Shown here one piece after another: positions 30,035 to 39,260 of a stretch of DNA of 64,000 bases. The stretch covers positions 992,001 through 1,056,000 of the forward strand of contig OY970194.1 of the NCBI GenBank assembly GCA_963708075.1, given 5' to 3'. The notes beneath the pieces are model-generated. The model had not been told where the DNA came from. It did no database searches and saw nothing but the letters and a program-made list of their open reading frames with translations. Position 1 is the stretch's first letter. Each line of letters starts with the position of its first letter. The stretch comes from Sedimentisphaerales bacterium. GTDB lineage: Bacteria; Planctomycetota; Phycisphaerae; Sedimentisphaerales; Anaerobacaceae. A program made the translations under genes and the position numbers.

Positions 30035-32604
30035 CGGCCATCCTCCTGAGGGTTTTCCCTGGTCCCGCGCTCCTTGCCGTAGGGCTTAATCAGAACCAGC
30101 AATTGCGGCAGCACGGTCAACGACGCCAATAAGGCCATCGTGATCGCCAGCACGGCCAGTAGACCAAAGTAGACGGTGGGGATGAAGTTCGACAGGCTCA
30201 GGATGGAAAACCCGATGACCAGTGTCACGGTCGTGTAGTAGATGGCATGGCCGATGCTGTCATGCGATCGGTGCAAGGCGACCCGATAGCTCCCTTCGGT
30301 CTGGACCTCGTGCTTGAACCGGTGGATGTAGTGGATCGTGTCGTCGTCAGCCAAGCCCACGCCGATGGCGGCGATCGTGATCGTCATCATGTCCAGGGGG
30401 ATGCCCAGCCAACCCATCACGCCCAGCACACAACTGATTGCCAGCAAGTTCGGGAAGATCGCTATGACCGCGATCCGCAAGGATCGGAACAATATCACGA
30501 ACGTTCCCATCAGGGACAATGTGGCAAAACCCATGGTCGTGATCTGGGATGTATACAGGCTCTGGAGCATGTTGTTGTACAACACCATGATGCCGGCCAG
30601 GTGCACCGACTCGGGCTCGAGGGCCAGCCTGTGGGTCAGGTCTGCCCGGATCTTCTTCAGCAGTTCATTTCGTTTCAACGACCGGTCGGAGTCCCGGATC
30701 CGGACCGTAAGCCGTGCCTGGTTGTGTTCCACCGACACGTAGGGCGTGACCAGGATCTCCCGAAGTGCATCCGGGATCTGATTGAACAGCAGGGCCAATT
30801 CCACATTGTCCAGCGGCTTGCCCCCGTTGGCCCTTTCGATCATCCGTACCAAGGTTACTACCGACAGAACCTTGCCGGTTTCCGGAAGGCCGTCAAGATA
30901 GTCGTGGACGACCGCGATCCGGGCCATCTTCTCCGGCGTGAACCAGTACTTTTGCATGGTCCCCTTGGCCGCGGCGTCGAATTCCTCGAATTGATCGAAC
31001 ACGGTTTCTGTGCCGGTCTCGACATCGGATGGGACCGCCTCCGGGGGCGCTGCCTGCTCGAAGTCGATGACCACGTCCAGCGGCGTGGTCCCGCCAAGCT
31101 GCCGGTCCACAACCGTCATTCCCTGGTGGATCTCGGTCTTGGGCTTGAAGTAATTGATAAAACAGTTCTCCACCTGCAGCCTGCGGATCCCAATGGCATT
31201 GAAGGCCACCAGCAGCAGACTGCCCACAATGACCCAAGGACCATGGGCAACCGTGAACCGGCCCAGCATCGGGGTCAGGCGCCACTTGGACTGTCCCCTC
31301 GACCAGGGCCTGTCCCGGGGTAGAAGCATCAACACGGTCGGCAACAGCAGGAAGGGCACGAGGATGGAAACGGCCACGCCCACAACCATGATGTAGCCGA
31401 AGTTGATCACCGGCCGGATGTCGCTGAAGATCAGGGATGCAAACCCGGCCATGGTGGTCAGGCCCGAATACACGCACGGCCGCAGCATGGCTTGGATTGT
31501 CGCGAAGATCAGTTCATGCTGACCGATGTCCGGCTGGCTGGCGGCCAGTTCCCGGTATCGGACCATCAGATGGATAGTCATGGCTAGTGTGATGATCAGT
31601 TGCAGGGAGATGAAGTTGGAGCTGACGACCGTGACTTCCCAACCAAGCCAGCCCAGCAAACCGACGGTGCAAATCACGGAGACCGCACAGACCGACATGG
31701 GCAGGAGGACCCAGTAGACCCTGCGGAAGATGACCGCGATGGTGAGCACCAGTAACAGAAACACCGCCGTCCCGAAGACCCGCAGGTCGCTCTTGATGAA
31801 GCTGATCATGTCGTCGGCGATCATGCTCACGCCGCCCAGGAACAGGGTGCCGTCCTGCCGATACTGGTCCATGATCGAGCGAATGGCCAGGATATTGTCG
31901 TGTCGCTGGCGGCGACCCTCGTCGCGGTATTGAGCGAATTGCCGAACCACCGCCTTGAGCTCGATCCGCTCGGCCGGCGTCAAGGAACCTGCTGCTCTCT
32001 TCTCATGCAGGGCATTTCTCCGCTGCACAAGCTCGGCGTATCGCTGGTCGCGGGGGAAGGTGAATAGGATCGCCGTGGTCTTCAAGTCGCGGCTGACCAG
32101 CAGGTCCTGGTACAGGGGGCTTTGCGTCAGCTCCTGCCTGGCCAGGATCTTGTCCGCGTCCGGTGACTCCAGGGTGCGGGTCGTCGAGCCCAGTTCTTTG
32201 AGGGGGATCGGCGGACTCTCCAGCAGAGGGACGTCCAGAATCGTCAGTACAGACTCGGCGACGTCCAGCCGTTTCAGGTCGTCTCGGAGCCTTGTCAGCA
32301 GGGCCAGCGTTCCGTCCGAGAGCAAATCCTCCTTTGGCGTGAACGTCAGGATCAGGAAATCACCGCTTCCATACCGGGAGTCGATCAGGCGGGAATACTT
32401 GAGGTCCTGGTCGTTCTCCAGCATCAGCGTCTCGGTCGAAGCGTCCAGCCGGAAACGTCTGACCCCCAATCCGAAAAAAACGATGACCGCGGCCAGGCAC
32501 ACGATCACACTTTTCGGATGTCTCAGGACCACCCGGTCGAAGAGAGACTGTGCCAGTGAGCGGTCCTTCTTCATTGCGTCCGTTCGATGGAGTAGATGGT
32601 GCAT
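30031..32604 (-). CDS. MMPL/RND-family lipid transporter (HpnN-like)
   Basis: Two-repeat RND topology; TTMAGFASL, GVGLADDDTIH, SNFIPTVYFG. Confidence 0.88.
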   Translation of the reverse strand: MHHLLHRTDAMKKDRSLAQSLFDRVVLRHPKSVIVCLAAVIVFFGLGVRRFRLDASTETLMLENDQDLKYSRLIDSRYGSGDFLILTFTPKEDLLSDGTLALLTRLRDDLKRLDVAESVLTILDVPLLESPPIPLKELGSTTRTLESPDADKILARQELTQSPLYQDLLVSRDLKTTAILFTFPRDQRYAELVQRRNALHEKRAAGSLTPAERIELKAVVRQFAQYRDEGRRQRHDNILAIRSIMDQYRQDGTLFLGGVSMIADDMISFIKSDLRVFGTAVFLLLVLTIAVIFRRVYWVLLPMSVCAVSVICTVGLLGWLGWEVTVVSSNFISLQLIITLAMTIHLMVRYRELAASQPDIGQHELIFATIQAMLRPCVYSGLTTMAGFASLIFSDIRPVINFGYIMVVGVAVSILVPFLLLPTVLMLLPRDRPWSRGQSKWRLTPMLGRFTVAHGPWVIVGSLLLVAFNAIGIRRLQVENCFINYFKPKTEIHQGMTVVDRQLGGTTPLDVVIDFEQAAPPEAVPSDVETGTETVFDQFEEFDAAAKGTMQKYWFTPEKMARIAVVHDYLDGLPETGKVLSVVTLVRMIERANGGKPLDNVELALLFNQIPDALREILVTPYVSVEHNQARLTVRIRDSDRSLKRNELLKKIRADLTHRLALEPESVHLAGIMVLYNNMLQSLYTSQITTMGFATLSLMGTFVILFRSLRIAVIAIFPNLLAISCVLGVMGWLGIPLDMMTITIAAIGVGLADDDTIHYIHRFKHEVQTEGSYRVALHRSHDSIGHAIYYTTVTLVIGFSILSLSNFIPTVYFGLLAVLAITMALLASLTVLPQLLVLIKPYGKERGTRENPQEDGR

Positions 32605-33332
32605 TATTGGCTCGGCGGCTTTTCCAGGTGAGAAAGAAGTTCCTCCACGGTGCCGCGTCGAAGGATGTCATCGAATTGCGACCGGTAGGTCAGGAGGATG
32701 CTGACGCCTTCTATTTCCACATCATAGATCTTCCAGCGTACGTTCGCCTTGCTCTTGCCTTGTTCGTCCATCCGGTGAAGCTTGTACAGGATGGTCATCT
32801 CTTTGTCATCGGATGTCAGTGTCATAGGGATCTGGATGGTGTTTTTCCCTCGCATCGCAGATTTGAACACGACCTTCTGATTTGTGTAGAAGGTGGTCTT
32901 CTCCAGATATAAGGCCTTGAGCCGCTCGACGAAGAGCTTGGTGAACCTCTCTCGCTGCGCCCGGTCCAACTTGGGCCAGTGTGTTCGGCCCAGGGCGAGC
33001 TGACCCATCAGCGGGAAATCGAAGATCGGACTGACGATTCTGTCAATGATCCTCTCTTTGACTTTCTGATCCGGGTCTTTTGCCTGGAGGACCCTGAGCA
33101 CCGCATTCCACTTGGCCTGCAGCAGCTCGTTGGGGTTGTTGGGATCCTTGACCGGGACATCCCACTTGCTCCACCACAATTCGTTCGGATCGTTCGCGTC
33201 CTTGGCGATGGCAGCCGATTGACTCTCAGGCTGCTCCCTGTCGCCCTTTCGCCCCTTTTCCTCCGCACCGACACGCTGCCCCAACGCGAGCAGAATGAGA
33301 ATCACAGGCCATAGATTCCCTGTGATCCACAT
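32604..33332 (-). CDS. mlaC: MlaC/Ttg2D (HpnM-like) periplasmic lipid-binding protein
   Basis: FDFPLMGQLALGR.HW, F..LF...L...Y, WKIYDVEIEGVS....YRSQF. Confidence 0.88.
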   Translation of the reverse strand: MWITGNLWPVILILLALGQRVGAEEKGRKGDREQPESQSAAIAKDANDPNELWWSKWDVPVKDPNNPNELLQAKWNAVLRVLQAKDPDQKVKERIIDRIVSPIFDFPLMGQLALGRTHWPKLDRAQRERFTKLFVERLKALYLEKTTFYTNQKVVFKSAMRGKNTIQIPMTLTSDDKEMTILYKLHRMDEQGKSKANVRWKIYDVEIEGVSILLTYRSQFDDILRRGTVEELLSHLEKPPSQ

Positions 33333-33533
33333 GGCATTTCGCCCGTTCACCAACCGTTGCCTGACTGGCATCTCCATACACATACCTCAATCGCGATGAT
33401 AAGCTTTCCGGCCGCCAACAGCCACCAATCGATCCTGGCCGGGCTCTTCCATCTGACTTCACCGCCGGCATTCCAGGATCCCAGGTGTCCTATGATAAGG
33501 AGTGCTGTATATAATCTCAATAGCGCGGTGAGC

Positions 33534-35259
33534 CTACTTCGGTGTAACCTTAAATGCGATGTCGTTGCCGACGTACGAGGCGTGGCCGCCGGTGGTGTGC
33601 AGCTCGGGGATGGTGACGGTGAGTTTGCCGTCGCGGCATTGGGCCGTCTGCGGGTCCAAATATCGGCCCCGCCACGTGCGGTACAGCCGCACCTCGTAAT
33701 CGCCGTCCTTCAGCCCGGCAATCGTGAAGGACTCGTTCGCAACGCTGGTCCGCGGGTTCACGACCCAGCCAAATGCGAAGTCGTCGCTTCGCATCGCCCA
33801 GGCGTCACAATTGCCCGCCGCAATCTGGGCGGGCTCGGGGGTCAGGTGGGTGAAGTCGATATCGCCGACGAACTGGGCGAAGTGCCGCATCTGATTCGTG
33901 ACGACGCCGTCATTGATCCAGTCGGAGTACGCCCACCAGAACGGCGTGCAGCACAGGCCGTTGGCCAGGCTCACCCATAAGGCATTGTGATACATGGCCA
34001 GATAGCCGGGCATGCCGGGCTCGTAATAGGTGTGATCGTAGCCGCACTCGCCGACGATCGCGGGCTTGTCGAACCCTTTCCACAGGTTCTGCACCTGCGT
34101 CGCGTAGTTGCGATAGCTGAATTGCAGGGGATTTTCGTCGTCGCAGCCGAGCTTACCGCTCTTGGGCATGGGGTGCCCCTGGGCCTCGTAGATCTCGCGG
34201 GCGGCGATGTCGAAAATCTTGTAGCCGCCGGGCCACCACTGGCCGATGCCGCCGCTCTGCGTGCCTGTGGTGGGCCGGCCGTAAGGGTCGTGCTCATTGA
34301 AGAAGGCGTCCATCTTGCGGCTCCACTGCTCCGCTGCCTCCTGGCCGCCTTTCTCCCAGCCTTCGGTGCCATTGATCTCGTCCACGATGAACCAGAGGAA
34401 CAGCGCCCGGCTATAGCCCCAGCGGGCGATGATGTAGCGATACAGTTTTTCCTGGTGCTTCCACGCCGGCTCGCTGGCGAAGAAGCCGGTCGCGTCGGTC
34501 ACGAGGCTATAGGGGTTGTGGCGATAACGGGCGTTGCCGCCGCCCCAGACGGCCTGCGACAGGTAGGAGTGGAACCAGATGTTCCAACTGATGTGGATGT
34601 CGCGCAGCTCACACCACTGGAAGAGTTGATCGAGCCGGCCGCAGCGATTCTCGTCGTAGCGGCCGAGCCCTGTGCCCATCGTCTCCAGCGGCGTGTGGAA
34701 GAAACTGATGAAGTTCACGCCCAGCTCCTTGAGCCGGTCCAGGTCCTGCTCGGCGATCTCGCCCCCGTTGAATAGCTCATAGCTGTCGTTGTACCACATA
34801 CCGACGCCGTAGAACGACGTGCCGTCATCGTATTTTAGATAGCGTTGATTCGGCGCGATCCTGACGAAACCATGGTGAGGCGAATCGGTGACCGTGAACG
34901 TGCCCGGGCGGCCCTGAGCTGTCCCCTCCCGGTCGGTGACCTTGACGATATAATTCCATGTCCCTTTCTCGGTCGGCGCGAATCGCACCATCCACAGCCG
35001 CGACCAGCCGGAAGGGTTGTAGAAACCCCAGATCGTCCATTTCCTGCCGGAAGGGGAGGTGAACTCCGCCCGCAGATCGATCTGCTCAGGGTCGTATGGA
35101 TTCTCGTACGTCGCATCGAGATCGATGCGGAGCTCGAATCTTCTCGTAGAGTCCCACGGTCCTTGACTCGGGCTGCACGGAAAGAATCGCCGGCTCGTTC
35201 GCCGCCACCGGCAGTGCAACCATTGCGGTGACCAGGATCGGCAAGATGTGTTTGAACAT
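33534..35259 (-). CDS. DUF5060 + GH5-like glycoside hydrolase (frameshift near 35140)
   Basis: Signal MFKHILPILVTAMVALPVAA, NPYDPEQIDL, WMVRFAP, YIIARWGYS, PAIVGECG; one extra A splits the N-terminal 40 aa from the rest. Confidence 0.8.
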
Positions 35260-35270
35260 GCAATTCTCCT

Positions 35271-36614
35271 CTATTCGACTGTGAAGGCAAGCTGATTGTC
35301 ACGGCCCTTCTGAAGGACGGCTTTGAAGCTGCGGACTTGGCCGTCCGGCAATTTCACGATGATGTTGTACGTTCCGCAGAAGCCGTGGAAAGTCGCTTGC
35401 CCTTTCTCATCCGTCTGCGCGTCCAGGCTGGTCTTCCACTGGTGGTGAATCAGGTCGCGCAGGCGATTATACACCGGCTTGGGGTCATATTCCTTGTCGA
35501 TGAGTCCGCCGCCAGGCAGCCAGATCTGGCGGTCGCTCAGGCCCCACCAGTTGATCGAGGCCACCGCGGGATGGCCGAAGCACAGCCGGTAGAACTGCTC
35601 CGCGAATTCCGCCTGGGTCTCTTCAGTCCACGTGCCCTCACGCCAACCGCCGGTGATCGGCTTGCGGCCGGATTGTGGGATGTACTCGGTGATGTGCAGC
35701 GGATAGCCGAGCCCGCCGAGCCTGTCCAGCGTCGTCCACACCTTCTCCGGCGAGAACCACTCCTCCCTCGGCTCATGTGCCTGGATGCCGAGTCCCGAGA
35801 TCGGCGTTCCTCGCCGCTTCAGTTCAGCGGCAAGCTGATAAAATCGCTCGCGATCCTCGATGCGGGAGACGACATTGAACTCGTTCAGGATCAGATGCGC
35901 CCTGGGATTGGCCTCATGCGCGGCACGAAAAGCCTTGTCCACATAATCAGCAATCGCTGGGATCGGTTCCTGTACATAGTCCCTCGCCCCGGTGTTCTTC
36001 CACGTGCGGCAGTGGATCGGCTCGTTGACCACGTCCCAGGTGTCGATCTGCCCGGCAAATCCGCCGACCTCTCTCCGCGCCCGGTTCATCACCAACTCTT
36101 CCGACCGCTCCGGCGGATACTGCCGGACCCACTCCGGTACCCCGGCGTCGTTCGTCCACACGAGTGGATGACCCTTGGTTGTGATGCCCTGCTCCCGGCA
36201 CCACGTAGCTGCCTTGAGTATGTCGTCGCGCGTCGTGATCCCCGGCTGTCGCTCGTACCCGGCCCAATAGAACGGGAAGACGGCAAAGTTGAACAAGTCG
36301 CTGAAACGCTGCTTCCAGAGCTCGCTCTTGTAGAGCTCGCCGCCTCGGACAAGATCGAACGCGATGCAGCCGAACAGGAACTCGTGCGTAGCCTGGCGGA
36401 TCTGCACCGGCGCAGCCGCTATCGCCTGTCCCTTACTATCCTTGAACGAAATGATCGTCTCCACCTTGCGGTGTTGCTCCATGCTGCTCCCGGCTTTCGC
36501 CAGGAATTCGGCCTCGATCTTCTGCGTATCCGCGCCACGCACCGGTGAGTGCAGCGTCAAGACGCAGATTGTCATAACGGCCGGCAGGCTTGCTTTCCAA
36601 CCATGTAGCGACAT
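35271..36614 (-). CDS. GH10-family glycoside hydrolase (endo-1,4-beta-xylanase-like)
   Basis: KGHPLVW, WDVVNEP, LILNEFN, GIQAH, LHITE. Confidence 0.9.
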   Translation of the reverse strand: MSLHGWKASLPAVMTICVLTLHSPVRGADTQKIEAEFLAKAGSSMEQHRKVETIISFKDSKGQAIAAAPVQIRQATHEFLFGCIAFDLVRGGELYKSELWKQRFSDLFNFAVFPFYWAGYERQPGITTRDDILKAATWCREQGITTKGHPLVWTNDAGVPEWVRQYPPERSEELVMNRARREVGGFAGQIDTWDVVNEPIHCRTWKNTGARDYVQEPIPAIADYVDKAFRAAHEANPRAHLILNEFNVVSRIEDRERFYQLAAELKRRGTPISGLGIQAHEPREEWFSPEKVWTTLDRLGGLGYPLHITEYIPQSGRKPITGGWREGTWTEETQAEFAEQFYRLCFGHPAVASINWWGLSDRQIWLPGGGLIDKEYDPKPVYNRLRDLIHHQWKTSLDAQTDEKGQATFHGFCGTYNIIVKLPDGQVRSFKAVLQKGRDNQLAFTVE

Positions 36615-36701
36615 TGTTCCTCCTGCGATTCGTCAGGGTAAGGACACATCGACCCAAGAAGATAGCTCGGATTGGTCCGCCGGGCAAGGCAATCGTTGGT
36701 T

Positions 36702-36884
36702 CTATTTGCGTTGCACACGAAGGAAGCCCTGGCTGCGCGGCGGCAGGGTGAACAACACGCGGGTGCGCGGGCCGGCGGCGTCGAATGTCTGTTCGTGGAT
36801 GTCACTGGTCCGCCCATGCGAGATTGCAGGGCTGAGGACCAGAACCATCGGGACGAGGAGCAATCTCGAAACCTCGATCCTCAT
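36702..36884 (-). pseudogene. Short signal-peptide ORF, probably a truncated gene remnant
   Basis: MRIEVSRLLLVPMVLVLSPAISHG followed by only about 36 aa; lies in line with the minus-strand operon. Confidence 0.35.
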
Positions 36885-36917
36885 AGTCTTCCTGCTCGTG
36901 CCCATTTACCCCGCCTG

Positions 36918-37454
36918 CTACTTGCGGGGGGAAGGCAGCATGGGGTCGGCGCGGCGGAGGAACTGGATGGCGAGACCCCAGGGATCGCGCAGCATGGCGA
37001 GCTTGTCGCCGGCCGGAGTCGTCGTCACTTCGCCCACGGGCGTTGCCCCGGCGGCCATGAGCCTTTCCCGCATGGCATCGACATCATCGACCATGAACGC
37101 CACGTGCAGCAGCAGGGGGTCCATGGCCGCATAGTTCGGCACCGCCTCCGGCGGATTGTGATAGAGCTCAAGCATCACGTTGCCGCCGCTGTCGGCAATG
37201 AAGCGCATGTTGATCGGCGGCGGGCCCTCCCGCATGACCTTCATGCCCAGATTATCTACGTACCACTGCGCCATCTTGATAGGGTCCGCGACGTTCAGCG
37301 CGACGTGCTCTATCCGCACCGCGCTGCCGCCACGTGTGGTCGCGTCTGTTTCGCGTGCATGTGATTCCATAGCTGTCTTGCAGCCCGTCATGAGGACTGC
37401 AACGCTCACGATTCCTGCGAACACGGTTCGTGCCATCCATCTACAACCCATCAT
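36918..37454 (-). CDS. VOC/glyoxalase-family protein with lipoprotein signal
   Basis: IEHVALNV, LELY, LHVAFMV, RDPWGLAIQF; lipobox MTGC. Confidence 0.85.
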   Translation of the reverse strand: MMGCRWMARTVFAGIVSVAVLMTGCKTAMESHARETDATTRGGSAVRIEHVALNVADPIKMAQWYVDNLGMKVMREGPPPINMRFIADSGGNVMLELYHNPPEAVPNYAAMDPLLLHVAFMVDDVDAMRERLMAAGATPVGEVTTTPAGDKLAMLRDPWGLAIQFLRRADPMLPSPRK

Positions 37455-37477
37455 AATCTCCCTGTCTCGGATCAGAC

Positions 37478-38766
37478 TCAACTGACGTACGGATGCTTCC
37501 ATGGTTCACGGTATGGCCGCTTCAGCAGATCGGCGGCGGCCGGATTGTTGGCAATCTGCTCGGTCTTCTCGTCCCAAACGATCTTCGCGCCACGTCGTAA
37601 GCGATCATGGCGAGCTTGACGGTCGCCGTGGAGCGGTAGCCGTCTTCGATGGTACAACTCGGCTGCTTATGATCGCGGACGGCGTTGAGGAACTCGGTCA
37701 TATGGGCCACGGCCAGGTCGCCGCCGGCCTTATGCTCGACCCGCTTGTCTTCTTCCTTCGGGATGATGACCCAGCGATCGTCGGTGACGAAGATCGTGCC
37801 GTTCTCGCCATAGAAGAAGATACCGTTCGCGATTTCCGGCGTGTACTCCTGGGCGCCCCAGATCCGATGTTTCCAGAAGACGGGACACGTATTGAAGTCG
37901 AACTGGACCGTGAGGATGTCGGGCGTGGTGATCTTGTCCCTGAAGTAGTAGATACCGCCGGAGGCCTGCACCGCCCGCGGCGTGGTCTCGCCGAGAATCC
38001 ATCGCGTGGCGTCGATCAGGTGAATTCCCCAGTCCACGAGATGGCCGTGTCCCGTGGTCTTTTCGAGTCGCCAGGCGAAATGGCCGACCTGGGGCGAGTA
38101 GGGCAGCTTGGGCGCCGGCCCGCACCACAGGTCCCAGTCGAGCGAGGCCGGCGGGTCCTGGGGCGTCGTGTCGCGTATACCGGCTGTGTAGTGGATTTGG
38201 GCGTCCACCTGGATGATCTTGCCGAGATTGCCCTGCTGGATGTAGTCGCGGACCTGCTGAATCGCCGGACTCTGGCGTCGCTGGAAACCGATCTGCACGA
38301 CGATGTCCTTGCCGGCGGCCGCATCGATCATCGCCCGGCCCTCGCGGATGTCGTATGCCAGAGGTTTCTCGCAATAGATGTTGAGATTCCTCCTGACAGT
38401 CGCGATGAAAGGCAGGGCATGCCAATGCGGGGGCGTCGCAATGATGACCGTGTTCAGGCCGGGCGTCTGGAGGAGATCTTCATAATGCTTGAAGGTCTTG
38501 GGCCGCGAGCCCTGGAGTTTCTCGACTTCCGCCGCGCTGTCTGCCAGGTGCTGCTCGTCCACATCACACAGTGCCAAGACTTCTACGCCGCCGGCCTTGA
38601 ACGCCGCCCGGACGTCCACCATGCCATACCAGCCGCACCCGATCAGACCGAGCTTGAGCTTTGGCTTGTCTTCGTTGCCGGCAAACGACGGACGCAGAAC
38701 GCTGTCCATCACCATGGTCCCGGCCACCGCCGTGCCGATGAATTTCCGTCGGTTCATCCGTTCCAT
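37478..38766 (-). CDS. Gfo/Idh/MocA oxidoreductase with Tat signal (frameshift near 37591)
   Basis: NRRKF, GCGWYG, TPPHWH, YCEKP; adding one G restores the typical end GAKIVWDEKTEQIANNPAA..LLKRPYREPWKHPYVS*. Confidence 0.9.
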
Positions 38767-38811
38767 GTGTCGAGTCCTTTCTCAAATGGATTGTATCGTG
38801 AACTGAGGCCC

Positions 38812-38839
38812 ATCATAACATGGAGAGGGACACTGTCAA
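38812..38839 (-). promoter_or_regulatory. sigma70-like promoter of the Gfo/VOC/GH operon
   Basis: Minus strand TTGACA-16 bp-TATGAT. Confidence 0.6.
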
Positions 38840-38995
38840 CGGTGGCGTCTGCGAGGCAGGAAGTGAATGAATGAAGTGGACAACATACAGGAATGTACGC
38901 ACCGTGCAGACAGTGGCGTAAAACACCCTGACGTTGCTTTGCCGCGAATCTGGATGCAAGGAAGCCCGTCCCTAAGCACCGATCTTCGCAAATCC

Positions 38996-39064
38996 CTACG
39001 TTTTGACCGTGACGCTCGCCAGAAAGACGAGCATCACAAACGTTGTCAGAATCAACTCGTTCAT
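38996..39064 (-). CDS. 22-aa hydrophobic small ORF (MNELILTTFVMLVFLASVTVKT)
   Basis: GGGGTGGTG SD-like run 6 nt before ATG; directly downstream of a perfect promoter; below the ORF-track size cutoff. Confidence 0.5.
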   Translation of the reverse strand: MNELILTTFVMLVFLASVTVKT

Positions 39065-39096
39065 AGCTCAGCACCACCCCAATTAAACATGATGGT

Positions 39097-39125
39097 ATTA
39101 TACCCGATGTCATGTCAACTGTCAA
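39097..39125 (-). promoter_or_regulatory. Perfect consensus sigma70 promoter
   Basis: Minus strand TTGACA (39125-39120), 17 bp spacer, TATAAT (39102-39097); a second TTGACA lies inside the spacer. Confidence 0.8.
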
Positions 39126-39260
39126 GGCGAAACGGATGCTCAGGCGTGAAGAAAATGTCACGATGGCATGCATCAGCGGGTATTGAGCAGGAAACGCGAT
39201 CTTTCTGGGGCCCAGGCCGAAGAAAATTCTTGTCGCGGACCGGATGAACGATTTACGGCG

